A stretch of DNA of 64,000 nt, from contig JAZRFK010000093.1 of NCBI GenBank assembly GCA_045661325.1, positions 3,585 to 67,584 of the forward strand. The letters are read 5' to 3'. The notes below the pieces were generated by a model that was given only the letters and a program-made list of their open reading frames with translations, was not told the origin of the DNA and made no database searches. Of this stretch, positions 41,037 to 51,462 are shown piece after piece (position 1 is the first letter of the stretch; every line of letters starts with the position of its first letter). The position numbers and the translations under genes were made by a program. Source of the stretch: Eubacteriales bacterium (GTDB taxonomy: Bacteria; Bacillota; Clostridia; Oscillospirales; CAG-272).

Positions 41037-42010
41037 TCGACGCGGAAGCGGCGCTCGCCGCGCAAAAAAGCGGCAATGTTTTCGGCCATTTCCTCCATAC
41101 AGCGCCGACGCGCCTCATAAGCACCCCAAGCCATATGGGGCGTTAAGATAACGTTTGGCAAGGCAAAGAGCGCCTCGAAGGGATGCCCCTTACGCATCGG
41201 CTCTCCGTCATACACGTCACAGCCGAAGCCACCGATTTGTCCCGTTAAGACAGCCTTGGCAACGGCGGCCTCGTCCGTCACGGCGCCGCGCGCCACGTTA
41301 ATCAGAATAACGTCCTTCTTCATTAAGGCAAGATGCGCTTCGTCCACCATATGCCTTGTTTTCTCGGTCAAAGGCACGTGAAGCGAAAGAACGTCCGATT
41401 CCCGACAAAGCGTTTCGAAGGAAACGGTGGGGTAATCCTCATCCTGCTTTTGTCTGGTTACCAAAACACGACACCCGAAGGCCTCGGCAACACGAGCAAC
41501 CTGCTTTCCGATATTTCCACCGCCCAAGATTCCCCAGGTTTTTCCCTTTAATTCGCGATAAACGGGGGTGACGCGGTTGGCATCCTTGCCACCTGCATAG
41601 GCGCCCGACTTGGTATACGCGTCATACTCGGGCAAATGATTCATAAGAGAAAGCGCCATAGAGACGGTGATTTGGGCCACGCTTGCCGTGGAATACCCTA
41701 CCACGTTGCAAACGGCAATCCCCTGACGGCGGCAATAGTCAATATCAATATTATCGTAGCCGGTAGCGGCAACGCAGATCAAGCGCACGTTTTTTCCCGC
41801 TTTCAGCGTTTCCTCATTACACCGTACCTTATTTAAAATCAGAACCTCCGCATCCTGAATATGTGCCTCCATTTCCTCAAAAGAGGTGGTAGGATAAACG
41901 GCAACCTCTCCAAATGCGGAAAAGAGAGACAAATCCATATCGCTTCCCAGCGTTGCGGCATCCAAAACGGAAATTTTCATACTGTTATCCTTATGTTTTA
42001 CTTTTTCCAA
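41033..42010 (-). CDS. D-isomer-specific 2-hydroxyacid dehydrogenase (glycerate/hydroxypyruvate reductase-like)
   Basis: 325 aa. NAD-binding GILGGGNIGKQVA and catalytic R...E...H arrangement (NVARG ... TPHMAW). Confidence 0.88.
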   Translation of the reverse strand: MEKVKHKDNSMKISVLDAATLGSDMDLSLFSAFGEVAVYPTTSFEEMEAHIQDAEVLILNKVRCNEETLKAGKNVRLICVAATGYDNIDIDYCRRQGIAVCNVVGYSTASVAQITVSMALSLMNHLPEYDAYTKSGAYAGGKDANRVTPVYRELKGKTWGILGGGNIGKQVARVAEAFGCRVLVTRQKQDEDYPTVSFETLCRESDVLSLHVPLTEKTRHMVDEAHLALMKKDVILINVARGAVTDEAAVAKAVLTGQIGGFGCDVYDGEPMRKGHPFEALFALPNVILTPHMAWGAYEARRRCMEEMAENIAAFLRGERRFRVD

Positions 42011-43284
42011 GAATATACGTCGCCCGCCGCTTGCAAGGAGGAGGCAAAGAAGAGCGCCATCACCTTTTCAAGATAGGCAGTATCAAGGGCTCCTGCCGTT
42101 TCAACCGCAGAGTGCATCGCCAGCTGGGCAAGGCCGATATCAATGCTGTAAACGGAAACGTGCACGTCAGAGATGGCGCCCAAGGTCGATCCGCCGGGCA
42201 AATCGGGGCGGTTGGTATACATCTGTATAGGAACGCCTGCTTCCTTACACAAGAGAGAAAAAAGCGCCTCGGAAAGCCCGTCCGTTGTGTAACGCCGCAA
42301 GGCGTTTCTCTTTATAACTACCCCGCCGTTCAGCTGACAGGTAAAGCCGTTTTTATCGGAAAGCTCGGGATGATTCGGGTGAAGCCCGTGCGCGTTATCG
42401 GCGCTGACGAAGAAGCTTCTCGCACAAAGCGCGGCGTATGAAAGCCCGAAGGCATCGGCAATGCGCTCCATCGTTCCCGAAAGAAGATTGGAGTCTGCGC
42501 CCTGCATCGAACGACTGCCGACCTCCTCGTTATCAAAGAGAGCAAGAAGAGGAATAGCGCTACCGTTTTCGTTGGCCGCAACAAAGCCCTTTAAAAGCGC
42601 GTATACGCATTGCAGGTCATCGAGTCTTGGCGATGCGATAAAGGCACCGTTCTCGCCAAAGCAAAGCGCCTTTGCCACGGGATAGAGATACAAATCGTGC
42701 CCTAAAATATCGGCAGAGGAAACGCCAAGCCTGCGCGCGATTTTTTCTTCGATGCACAGTCCATTCGTTCCATCCGAAAACGGAACCAAGTCCACCGCCA
42801 AATTCTCGGCGGCATCCTTCATCAAATGCGCGGCAACGGAGGGGATAATAGCAACAGGCTCCTCCAAATCAACCGTCACAGAATGGACGGTATCTCCTTT
42901 TTTTACAAGAACGCGGCCTGCCACCGAGAGAGGCCTATCCATCCAAGCGCTGTTTTTCGCACCACCGTAACGCTCAACGGAAAGTCGGGTAAAGGCAGGC
43001 GAAGTAAAAGTTTTTTTATACTTAAACGAGGGAGAATCCGTATGTGCGGCGGCAATCTGAAAGCCCGTGGGTACGTTTTTGGGAATACGGAAGGCAAGCA
43101 AGGAGGATCCATTTCTCGTCAAATAGTATTTACCGCCCCCTTGAAGCTGCCAGGTCTCGCTCTCCTTTAAAGCCACGAAGCCCTCAGCACGCAAAAAGCT
43201 TTCTGCCTCCTTGACTGCGTGATAAGCGGAGACCGAGGCATCCAAAAAAGAAGCGAGCGCCGTTTCTCTATTCATCATACCCAT
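41998..43284 (-). CDS. M18-family aminopeptidase
   Basis: 428 aa. AAHTDSP, DNEEVGS and LAMHS motifs typical of M18/aspartyl aminopeptidase-like enzymes. Confidence 0.88.
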   Translation of the reverse strand: MGMMNRETALASFLDASVSAYHAVKEAESFLRAEGFVALKESETWQLQGGGKYYLTRNGSSLLAFRIPKNVPTGFQIAAAHTDSPSFKYKKTFTSPAFTRLSVERYGGAKNSAWMDRPLSVAGRVLVKKGDTVHSVTVDLEEPVAIIPSVAAHLMKDAAENLAVDLVPFSDGTNGLCIEEKIARRLGVSSADILGHDLYLYPVAKALCFGENGAFIASPRLDDLQCVYALLKGFVAANENGSAIPLLALFDNEEVGSRSMQGADSNLLSGTMERIADAFGLSYAALCARSFFVSADNAHGLHPNHPELSDKNGFTCQLNGGVVIKRNALRRYTTDGLSEALFSLLCKEAGVPIQMYTNRPDLPGGSTLGAISDVHVSVYSIDIGLAQLAMHSAVETAGALDTAYLEKVMALFFASSLQAAGDVYSWKK

Positions 43285-43307
43285 TCTTCCCTTCTATAAA
43301 TTCTGGT

Positions 43308-43340
43308 AAAAAAGCCGCAGTTTAAAACTGCGGCTTTTCT
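43308..43340. terminator. Intrinsic terminator hairpin downstream of tRNA-Lys
   Basis: AAAAAAGCCGCAG-TTTAAAA-CTGCGGCTTTT, with A- and T-runs on both sides. Confidence 0.75.
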
Positions 43341-43342
43341 TG

Positions 43343-43418
43343 TGGTGCTCCTGCGGGGATTCGAACTCCGGACACCTTGATTAAAAGTCAAGTGCTCTGC
43401 CGACTGAGCTACAGGGGC
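43343..43418 (-). tRNA. tRNA-Lys (anticodon UUU), CCA encoded
   Basis: The minus strand reads GCCCCTGTAGCTCAGTCGGCAGAGCACTTGACTTTTAATCAAGGTGTCCGGAGTTCGAATCCCCGCAGGAGCACCA. It folds as a cloverleaf with anticodon loop CTTTTAA. Hand-folding shows two A-C mismatches. Confidence 0.85.
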
Positions 43419-43542
43419 TTGTGTATCGGACAGACCTGATACCCGTATATATTACCACATTCTATTTTATTTGTCAAGACAAAATCGGAATTTTTTTCTT
43501 TTTTGCTTCTTTTATAGACCTTTACTTAAAATAGGGTGCTAT

Positions 43543-44823
43543 TTATGGCAAAAATGCAGAAGAATGCTTGCCATACACGCCGTAAAAGCCCAGCTCGCGC
43601 TCAATGCGCGACAAGCGGTTATATTTGGCAACGCGCTCGGAGCGGCAGGGCGCGCCCGTCTTGATAAAGCCTGCCGAGGTGGCCACGGCCAAGTCGGCAA
43701 TATAGCTATCCTCGGTTTCTCCCGAACGGTGAGAAAGAATGTGACGATAGCCACCCTCCTTCGCCATTGCAATCACATCCAGGGTTTCGCTAACCGTGCC
43801 GATTTGATTGGGCTTAATTAAAATGGCGTTGGCACACTCTTTATGCTTTCCTATTTGCAGGCGTACGGGGTTGGTAACAAAGAGGTCGTCTCCCACAAGA
43901 CATACCGCATCTCCGATTTCCTCTGTCAGAAGCCGCCAGGAATCCCAGTCATCATCTCCTAAGGGATCCTCGACCGAAAAGATGGGATAGGAAGAGGTCC
44001 AGCCCTCGACACGATTGACAAGCTCCTCGCCCGACAAACGCTCGCCTGCCTTTTTCAAGGTATAGCCATCGCCGTCCTGCCACTCGGATGCGGCAATATC
44101 GAGCGATATTTTTACCTCTTTTTCGGAATACCCCGCCTTCTCTATGGCTTCCGTTATCCAATTCATCGCCTCCTCGGGAGAGGAAAGCTCGGGTGCGTAG
44201 CCCCCCTCGTCACCGACACCGACGGAATAGCCCGCGCTTTTCAGCATTGCGCCCAGAAGATGATAAATTTCCGCCCCCATACGCAAGCCCTCGGCATAGC
44301 TTTCCGCGCCAAGCGGTACTATCATAAATTCCTGCACGTCCAAAGGATTTGCCGCGTGTGCACCGCCATTGATGATGTTCATCATCGGAACGGGCATTCT
44401 GCCAACAGAAATGCCGCCGAGATATCGCCATAATGGCATACGGTAATGGGCGGCGGCGGCACGGGAGGCCGCCATAGAAACGGCAAGCAGCGCGTTGGCA
44501 CCCATGTTTTCCTTTTGCGTGCCTCCGTCAAGCTCCAAAAGGGCCTTATCCAGCTTCCATTGCTCTGTGCCATTCATACCGCACAGCGCCTTGGCAATTT
44601 CCTCGTTTACGTTTCGCACCGCGCGCAAAACGCCCTTACCACCATATCGCGCTTCCTTGTCGCGCAGCTCGTAGGCCTCATATTTCCCCGTTGAAGCGCC
44701 CGAAGGAGAGGCCGCTACTCCCTTGCTTCCGTCTGCCAGGATAACCTCTGCCTCAACGGTGGGGTTGCCTCTGGAATCCAAAATTTCATATGCCGAAACC
44801 GACACGATTTTGCTTTGCTCCAT
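43543..44823 (-). CDS. eno: Enolase
   Basis: 426 aa. ILDSRGNPTVE N-terminus and SHRSGETEDSYIADLAVA active-site region. Confidence 0.97.
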   Translation of the reverse strand: MEQSKIVSVSAYEILDSRGNPTVEAEVILADGSKGVAASPSGASTGKYEAYELRDKEARYGGKGVLRAVRNVNEEIAKALCGMNGTEQWKLDKALLELDGGTQKENMGANALLAVSMAASRAAAAHYRMPLWRYLGGISVGRMPVPMMNIINGGAHAANPLDVQEFMIVPLGAESYAEGLRMGAEIYHLLGAMLKSAGYSVGVGDEGGYAPELSSPEEAMNWITEAIEKAGYSEKEVKISLDIAASEWQDGDGYTLKKAGERLSGEELVNRVEGWTSSYPIFSVEDPLGDDDWDSWRLLTEEIGDAVCLVGDDLFVTNPVRLQIGKHKECANAILIKPNQIGTVSETLDVIAMAKEGGYRHILSHRSGETEDSYIADLAVATSAGFIKTGAPCRSERVAKYNRLSRIERELGFYGVYGKHSSAFLP

Positions 44824-44938
44824 ATTTTCCCTTTCTTTCCTTTTTTCTTTTATCTTATTTTGTTCTCATTTCGCAAGAAATATTCATAAGATATTAGAAA
44901 GGCATTTTGTTGGTAAAAAACCGAAAGAGAGAAAATAT

Positions 44939-45886
44939 ATGCTAATACATACCGTCACCCAAAACGAATCGATTGAGAGCATTGCCGCCCGTTATCACAT
45001 CTCTGTGGCAAAGCTCATTGAGGATAACGGCTTATCTGCACCGTACAGCTTAATAGAGGGGCAAACGCTATGTATCCCCATCCCTGCCCTGTTTCACACC
45101 GTTTTCGGTGGAGAAAGAGAGCAAGAAATTGCAAGCGAGCATCAAACCAACGTTGACTCGCTCCTGCAATTAAATCCTGCCTTCTGCCAGGCAGGTGCGC
45201 TGTATCCCGGGCAAATTTTGCGCGTTTCAAGCGAAACGAGAATGCCTGCGACCGTTTTCGGCTTTATCAAAAGACCCCTTCCCATGCCCGAGCTTTCGGC
45301 CCTTCTGCCCTACCTTACCTTTCTCGTTATTTCACCCGCTATTCGAAGCGAGGCGATAGCGCGGTATGTCAAGGAAGCAAAAAGAAGAGGGGTTTCGACT
45401 CTTTACGAGGGAAAATCGTACGGTGCGCTTTCCACCCTCTTTGACGGTCTTTTCTTTTCGGAGGAAGAGGGGTATCATCTCACGTTAAAGGGAGGGCGAG
45501 AGGACACGCACCTCTTTCTCGGCGAGCGAAAGGAGGCAAAAGACGGATGTCTGCTTTCTCTTTCTCGCCCCTTGCTTCTTAACGGCGAGGAGGTATCTCC
45601 TTCCTTGCTTCCCCGCCTTTTGAGCCTATTGAAGCGAGAGGGGGGCAAAATTGAACGCGATGAAAACGGAAACGCCGTTTTTTCGCACGTCGAGCGCCGA
45701 CACGGAAAGGCAGAGACAATACGTGTTGCCTTTTGCGATGCAAAAAAAGAAAAAGCCCTGCTCGAAAAAAATTCACGAGAGGGCTTTCATTCCTTTATTA
45801 TAGGGGATACAGCAGAGTGGAACACACAAAGCAGACTGGTTTTTGCATCCCTGTTTTCACCCGTTAAGCTGAAAAAATCGGAGTGA
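44939..45886 (+). CDS. Two-LysM-domain protein with degenerate glycoside-hydrolase-18-like C-terminal region (SleL/YaaH-like)
   Basis: Two LysM repeats from the ATG at 44939 (HTVTQNESIESIAARYHISVAKLIEDNGL... and ...EIASEHQTNVDSLLQLNP...GQILRV). The C-terminal assignment is tentative. Confidence 0.6.
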   Translation: MLIHTVTQNESIESIAARYHISVAKLIEDNGLSAPYSLIEGQTLCIPIPALFHTVFGGEREQEIASEHQTNVDSLLQLNPAFCQAGALYPGQILRVSSETRMPATVFGFIKRPLPMPELSALLPYLTFLVISPAIRSEAIARYVKEAKRRGVSTLYEGKSYGALSTLFDGLFFSEEEGYHLTLKGGREDTHLFLGERKEAKDGCLLSLSRPLLLNGEEVSPSLLPRLLSLLKREGGKIERDENGNAVFSHVERRHGKAETIRVAFCDAKKEKALLEKNSREGFHSFIIGDTAEWNTQSRLVFASLFSPVKLKKSE

Positions 45887-46648
45887 ATTTTCAAGCAAAA
45901 TGGCGGCACAGGCCTCATCGTCCATCTGCCAGGTCTCTGCAAGTGCCGCTACGGTGCAGGGCAAGAGACCCGAATGATTGATTTTTCCGCGATGCGGATG
46001 AGGGGCAAGATAGGGGCAATCGGTTTCTACCATCACCGCATCCTTGGGAAGCGCTCCTGCAACCTCCTTCACGTGCCGTGCGTTTTTAAAGCTGACCGTG
46101 CCTGAAAAGGAGATGGTATAACCCAAGCTGACCAGCTCCTCGGCCATAGGAATACTTCCGCTGTAACTATGAAAGACGCCGCGCACACGAGGAAAGCGGC
46201 GCACCATTTCCAAACAGTCCATATGGGCTTCCCTATCGTGAATGATAACGGGAAGGCCCAAGGTCTCCGCCAAGCCCATCTGCCGATAAAAGCACTCCTG
46301 CTGCAAGGCCTTATCAAAGGGGAGAAAATGGTAATCAAGGCCGATTTCTCCCACCGCTAAAAGCTTGCTTTCAGCAGACGTAAAAAGCGAGGCTATGGCG
46401 GCAATTTCATCGATAGGAGAAGCAACATCTCCCGCATCACTCGGATGCAATCCTGCCGCCGCATACATTTTTTCGTGGCGCATTGCCTGGGCAATCGCGG
46501 CCTTTGAGGTTTTCAAGGAGGTACCGACGTTAACAACGCCCGCAAGCTCTCCTTTGAAAAGCTCGTCCAAATAGGCCTCTATATCGCCTTCCCACTCGTC
46601 TTTGAAGCGAGAATCCCAATAATGCGCGTGTGTATCAAAATATCGCAT
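45857..46648 (-). CDS. tatD: TatD-family metal-dependent hydrolase
   Basis: 263 aa. FDTHAHY N-terminus, plus IGLDYH and HDREAH motifs. Follows metG, as in many Firmicutes. Confidence 0.92.
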   Translation of the reverse strand: MRYFDTHAHYWDSRFKDEWEGDIEAYLDELFKGELAGVVNVGTSLKTSKAAIAQAMRHEKMYAAAGLHPSDAGDVASPIDEIAAIASLFTSAESKLLAVGEIGLDYHFLPFDKALQQECFYRQMGLAETLGLPVIIHDREAHMDCLEMVRRFPRVRGVFHSYSGSIPMAEELVSLGYTISFSGTVSFKNARHVKEVAGALPKDAVMVETDCPYLAPHPHRGKINHSGLLPCTVAALAETWQMDDEACAAILLENSLRFFQLNG

Positions 46649-48612
46649 TAATGGACGCGCTCACCGTTGGGCGTTTCGGGATCCAGGAATACAACGCGCA
46701 CGTTTTCCTCGCCGGATGCCAAAAGCATACCGTTGCTTTCGATGCCGCAAAGGGTTGCGGGAGCAAGATTGGCAACAACGATAACCTTTTTGCCAATCAG
46801 CGCCTCGGGCTCGTAGAACTTGGCGATGCCCGAAACTATCTGGCGCTTTTCGTAGCCCAAATCCACCTGAAGCTTCAAAAGCTTCTTGGCCTTGGGTACC
46901 TTTTCGCAGGCGAGAATCTGCGCCGTGCGAAGCTCAACGGCGGCAAAGCCGTCAATCTTGATTTCTGCCTCGTGCTCAATGGCAGGGGCCTCTTCCTTGG
47001 CTTCTGCCTTGGCGGCGGCCTCTTCCTTTGCCTTTAAGGCATCAAAGAACTGCTTTTCATCAATACGCGCGAAGAGGACAACCCCCTCGCCCAGCTGCTT
47101 GCCATTTTCCAAAGCGCCAAAGGCGGATACCGTTTCATAGGCGGTAGCAGAGGTGGCAAGAAGCGAGAAAATCTTTTCGGCGGTTTGCGGAATAAAGGGC
47201 GTCAAGAGGACAGCGGCACCGCGAATGCACTCCAAAAGATTATACAGAACCGTGCCAAGACGATCCTTTTTGCTCTCATCCTTTGCCAAGAGCCAAGGCG
47301 TTGTTTCATCAATATACTTGTTGGCGCGGCGCAGCATTTCAAAGATGGCGGAAAGGGCATCTGCCACATGGAAGCTTTCCATATTCTGACGGGAGAGGGT
47401 TACAGCCTTAGCAAAGGCCTCCTTGAGCTCCTCGTCAAGCGCTTCGGGAGCGGTGGGCGCAGGGATAATGCCGCCAAAATACTTGGTGGTCATTGCGTGC
47501 GTACGGCTCACGAGGTTTCCGAGATTGTTGGCCAAATCCGTGTTATAGCGATTGATAACGTTCTCGTAGGTAATCGATCCGTCAGCATTATAGGGCATTT
47601 CGGAGAGGGCGTAATAACGCACGCCGTCCACGCCAAAGTACTCTGCCATTTCATCGGCATAAATGACGTTTCCGCGGGATTTGGACATCTTGTCCACGCC
47701 CGAATTAAACCAAGGATGACCGAACACCTTTTTGGGCAGAGGCTGACCGAGCGCCATCAGGAGAATGGGCCAATAAATCGTGTGGAAGCGCAGAATATCC
47801 TTACCGATAATATGAACATCGGCAGGCCAGCAGGACTGATAAAGAGCGGGCTGCTCCTTCAAATCGGGATCAAAGCCAAGGGCGGTGATATAGTTGGAGA
47901 GCGCGTCTATCCAAACGTAAATAACGTGTCTGTCATCAAAGGTAACGGGAATTCCCCATTTAAACGAGCTGCGCGAAACGCAGAGATCCTGCAAGCCCGC
48001 CTTCAAGAAATTGTTTACCATTTCCTTTTTGCGAGATTCGGGCTCAATGAATTCAGGATGGGCTTCAATATATTCAATGAGTCTCGGCGCATACTTGCTC
48101 ATAGCGAAGAAGTAGGCCTCCTCCTTGGTTCTTTCCAAGGGTCTGCCGCAGTCAGGGCAAACGCCACCCTCTGCCTGAATGTCGGTAAAAAAGGATTCAC
48201 AGGGGGTGCAATACCAGCCCTCATATGCGCCCTTATAAATATCTCCCTGCTCATAAAGCTTGCGGAAGATGTGCTGCACGCTTTCCACGTGATAAGGGTC
48301 CGTTGTGCGAATAAACTTATCGTAGGAGGCACCCATCAAGTCCCAGATGCGCTTGATTTCGCCGGAAACACCGTCCACGTATGCCTGCGGCGTGATGCCC
48401 GCCTCCTTGGCCAAGTTTTCAATCTTCTGACCGTGCTCGTCCGTACCCGTCAAAAAGAATACGTCCTTGCCCATCTGGCGCTGAAAGCGCGCCATAGCGT
48501 CCGACATAATAATCTCGTACGTGTTTCCGAAATGAGGCTTTCGGGAGCTGTATGCGATAGCCGTGGTAATAAAGTATTTTTCCTTTTTCGTGCATTCATT
48601 GCATTGACACAT
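46648..48612 (-). CDS. metG: Methionine--tRNA ligase with C-terminal tRNA-binding (Trbp111/EMAP-like) domain
   Basis: 654 aa. HIGH-type PHFGNTYE and KMSKS (DKMSKSRGN) motifs, a CxxC zinc knuckle, and a C-terminal OB tRNA-binding domain. Confidence 0.97.
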   Translation of the reverse strand: MCQCNECTKKEKYFITTAIAYSSRKPHFGNTYEIIMSDAMARFQRQMGKDVFFLTGTDEHGQKIENLAKEAGITPQAYVDGVSGEIKRIWDLMGASYDKFIRTTDPYHVESVQHIFRKLYEQGDIYKGAYEGWYCTPCESFFTDIQAEGGVCPDCGRPLERTKEEAYFFAMSKYAPRLIEYIEAHPEFIEPESRKKEMVNNFLKAGLQDLCVSRSSFKWGIPVTFDDRHVIYVWIDALSNYITALGFDPDLKEQPALYQSCWPADVHIIGKDILRFHTIYWPILLMALGQPLPKKVFGHPWFNSGVDKMSKSRGNVIYADEMAEYFGVDGVRYYALSEMPYNADGSITYENVINRYNTDLANNLGNLVSRTHAMTTKYFGGIIPAPTAPEALDEELKEAFAKAVTLSRQNMESFHVADALSAIFEMLRRANKYIDETTPWLLAKDESKKDRLGTVLYNLLECIRGAAVLLTPFIPQTAEKIFSLLATSATAYETVSAFGALENGKQLGEGVVLFARIDEKQFFDALKAKEEAAAKAEAKEEAPAIEHEAEIKIDGFAAVELRTAQILACEKVPKAKKLLKLQVDLGYEKRQIVSGIAKFYEPEALIGKKVIVVANLAPATLCGIESNGMLLASGEENVRVVFLDPETPNGERVH

Positions 48613-48636
48613 ATTAGAATTCCTCCAAGCAGAAAA

Positions 48637-49437
48637 TTATTCGTTTAATATAGCAGTGATAAGAGCGGCGCGCGCCAGCAAATAGCGCGGCAGAAAGAAC
48701 AAAAGCGGAGCGCCCAAAAAGAGCGCGGACAAGATAAAGAGAGGCAAATAACGCAAAAAGAGGCCAAGCACCCGCGCGCTATAACGGCGCATACGGTTTG
48801 CCGATTCGTAACAAAGGGAAAGATAGGAAGGAAGGCCAAGCTCGCCTGCCGCCTCTGTTCTCTTCTTCGTTAAAAGCGCGTTAAACAAAAGCTTGTCCTT
48901 CCCCAAGTGCAAAAAGAAAAGGAGAAGAAAGACGAGAAACAGCACGGTGAGAGCAAGTAAAAGCGCGCCGTAGGGGGCCTTTGCAGTCATCGCCGCCCCA
49001 AAACCGAAATAGGCAACAAAAAGGCTGAAAAGAGACCACAAAATCAAGCGAAGAACGCGGCCACTCCCGCGCAAAAGGGCGAAGCGAAAAAGCTTTTTGT
49101 CAACAAGGAAGGAAAAGAGCGCAAAATAATCTGCTTTTTCCTCCCAAAGCGCCACGCTGCAAAAGGACAAAATCCCCTCCCAGAAGGGCGCAAGCAGCAA
49201 AAGAGAAAGCGAAATGGCGAGAATGGCCGCCAAAAGCCAAAGCAGCAGCTCTCCCTGTAAGACGGGGGAAAGAAAGATTATGGCGCTAAGCCCACCCATT
49301 GCGATAGCGAAGAAGCCAAGAAAAGAGAGAAAAAACGAAAGAAGCGCAAAAAAGAGCGCGCGCGAAACGGTCCTTTCCCGACGCAATGCACGGGAAGCCG
49401 AGGTTGTATTTTTAATGGATAAAGACGGTTTTGTCAT
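48637..49437 (-). CDS. Polytopic membrane protein, function unknown
   Basis: 266 aa with about 6 hydrophobic segments. Only 24 bp upstream of metG on the same strand. Confidence 0.55.
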   Translation of the reverse strand: MTKPSLSIKNTTSASRALRRERTVSRALFFALLSFFLSFLGFFAIAMGGLSAIIFLSPVLQGELLLWLLAAILAISLSLLLLAPFWEGILSFCSVALWEEKADYFALFSFLVDKKLFRFALLRGSGRVLRLILWSLFSLFVAYFGFGAAMTAKAPYGALLLALTVLFLVFLLLFFLHLGKDKLLFNALLTKKRTEAAGELGLPSYLSLCYESANRMRRYSARVLGLFLRYLPLFILSALFLGAPLLFFLPRYLLARAALITAILNE

Positions 49438-49678
49438 GGTAAAATCCTCCTTTTTGAGAGGATTATTTTACCGTTTCTGCCTTTTTATACAGACGAAGAA
49501 TTTTTCTTTTTGTGTGTTCTTCCCTTCCGTTTGAAAGAACAGGCCTTTCGTTTTTTCCAAAAATAGACATATTTTTTACAGTATACCACAAATTTTACGG
49601 AAAAGCAATATAAGAATGATGTTTTTGCGTGCTTTTTGCGTTGATTTATACTGTTTTTCTATTAAAGCGCCCTTGATG

Positions 49679-50392
49679 TTAATAGCAAACCTCCATTTCC
49701 TTTCGCAAGCGCCCAATGATTTTTTTCTCCAAGCGCGAGATATAGGATTGCGATATGTGAAGAATATCGGCAACCTCCTTTTGCGTCAGCTCCGCGCCGC
49801 CGCCAAGGCCAAAACGAAGCTCTATTATCTCTCTTTCGCGTGCTGAAAGCGAAGAAACGAGCGCGCGAAGCGCGCGCTTTTCCTCTTCCTCCTCCATCAA
49901 GCGCCCGACCGTGTCGCCATCGCTGCTCAAAACATCCGAGAGCAAAAGCTCGTTTCCATCCCAATCGACGTTCAAGGGCTCATCAATGGAGACCTCGCGT
50001 CTGCGACAGGCGTTTTTGCGAACGAACATCAAAATTTCGTTTTCAATACAGCGCGAAGCGTAGGTGGCAAGCTTGATATTGCGGCCGGGATGAAAGGTAT
50101 CAATGGCCTTCATCAGCCCAACCGTACCAATAGAAATCAGCTCCTCGATACCTGCGCCTACGCCCTCGAATTTTTTGGATATGTAAACCACCAAGCGCAA
50201 ATTATGCTCCACCAGATACGCGCGCATTTCCTCGCTTTTTTCGGCGGCGGCCAAGGCCTCCGCCTCCTCCTCGGCAGAAAGGGGGCGCGGCAAAACATCT
50301 GCACCGTTTATGTAATAGACCTCTTCCCCACCAAAAAGGCGGCCAAGAAAAAAAACGATGCGTTGCTTCAAGGCGTTTAAAAGGTTTTTCAT
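49679..50392 (-). CDS. sigE: Sporulation sigma factor SigE (pro-sigma-E)
   Basis: Sigma-70 regions 2 and 4 ([10 protein letters not shown]; [15 protein letters not shown]), with an N-terminal pro-sequence. Lies directly downstream of spoIIGA. The ATG at 50392 was chosen. Confidence 0.88.
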   Translation of the reverse strand: MKNLLNALKQRIVFFLGRLFGGEEVYYINGADVLPRPLSAEEEAEALAAAEKSEEMRAYLVEHNLRLVVYISKKFEGVGAGIEELISIGTVGLMKAIDTFHPGRNIKLATYASRCIENEILMFVRKNACRRREVSIDEPLNVDWDGNELLLSDVLSSDGDTVGRLMEEEEEKRALRALVSSLSAREREIIELRFGLGGGAELTQKEVADILHISQSYISRLEKKIIGRLRKEMEVCY

Positions 50393-50420
50393 AGCATATC
50401 CTCTTGCTTTCTTTGCATAT

Positions 50421-51305
50421 TTACGAATGGGGCAAGCGCGCTTCAAAACGGCTCAAAAGTGCGGTAGGCAAAAGACCGTCGCGGCCGCCAAAATGGTTTT
50501 TTTCTACGGAAAAAAGCGCTATTTGCGCCTCACATTCTCTTTTCTCCTTGCCCACCTGCACGTACAGCCTATCGGGACGCACGCTAAGCAAAAGGCTGCG
50601 GCTTCCCAAGCCTTTTGCAGGCAAAAGGCGGCATTTTCTCGCGATTGTGGGGTTTGTTGGCATCGAGGTTTTTGGCGCGCGGGCGCACATCACTATCTCT
50701 GCGGGCAGAATGGGAGCAACGCTATCCAAGCGCAAAACAACGGCAGGCCGCCCCGAAATCGGATCCTTCAAAAGACAGCCGCTATCAACCAAGACGGGAA
50801 CGAGCACCGTTTTGCCAAACATTTCCACAACCACCGTTGCGTTTTTCTCCCGTGGGATATTGGCAAAAAAACGAATTGCCAGGCTCACGATACCAAAAGC
50901 CAGAAAGCCGAGGATCAAAACGACATCCGAAACGCTCATCGCTTCGCTCTCGCGCACCTCGAAGATGCCCTCCAAAAAGGTAAAAAAGACGGAGATAATA
51001 CCGCCGAAAAGCATTGAAAAAAGCATAAAGAGCAAAACGGCAAGCAAAAAGCTTCTGATGCTTCCAAGTCCGCGAAAGGCAATGGCAGAAAGCAAGAGTG
51101 CAACAACAGGCGAGAGCAAAAGGCTCAGCCAAGACGGAAAGGTATACACCACAGCCAATACCGCATAAATACCGCCAAGCAAGGAGGCGAGCAAAAAAAG
51201 CGCAAGTCTTTTTTTCATATGTAAAAAGGTTCCTGTTACGTAAAGCACCAGAAAATCCATCGCAAAGTTAACGAAAAAAAGCGTATCAATATATAAAACC
51301 TGCAT
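50421..51305 (-). CDS. spoIIGA: Sigma-E processing peptidase SpoIIGA
   Basis: 294 aa. Five N-terminal TM segments and a C-terminal aspartic protease region ([17 protein letters not shown]). Confidence 0.88.
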   Translation of the reverse strand: MQVLYIDTLFFVNFAMDFLVLYVTGTFLHMKKRLALFLLASLLGGIYAVLAVVYTFPSWLSLLLSPVVALLLSAIAFRGLGSIRSFLLAVLLFMLFSMLFGGIISVFFTFLEGIFEVRESEAMSVSDVVLILGFLAFGIVSLAIRFFANIPREKNATVVVEMFGKTVLVPVLVDSGCLLKDPISGRPAVVLRLDSVAPILPAEIVMCARAPKTSMPTNPTIARKCRLLPAKGLGSRSLLLSVRPDRLYVQVGKEKRECEAQIALFSVEKNHFGGRDGLLPTALLSRFEARLPHS

Positions 51306-51333
51306 TTTCTATCTCCTTTCCATCGTCTCCTTC

Positions 51334-51366
51334 ATCATACCACGAAGGGATTTATAATTCTGTCGA
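51334..51366 (-). promoter_or_regulatory. Putative spoIIG-type promoter: TCGACA (0A-box-like) - 21 nt - TGgTATGAT
   Basis: The minus strand reads AATCGACA GAATTATAAATCCCTTCGTGG TATGAT. The overlong spacer and a Spo0A-box-like TCGACA resemble the B. subtilis spoIIG promoter architecture. Confidence 0.35.
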
Positions 51367-51462
51367 TTTGAGAAGATCGATTTTTTGTTTTTTTCCTTGC
51401 CTTTTATTCTAAACCGTGCTATAATGAATATACTTTTAGATTGCGTAGGAAGGCAGCATCGT

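Noticed and set aside
48613-48636. T-box or other leader upstream of metG
   Set aside because: Only 24 bp separate metG from the upstream membrane-protein gene, which leaves no room for a T-box leader.
47185-48648. 487-aa + strand ORF
   Set aside because: Antisense shadow of metG.
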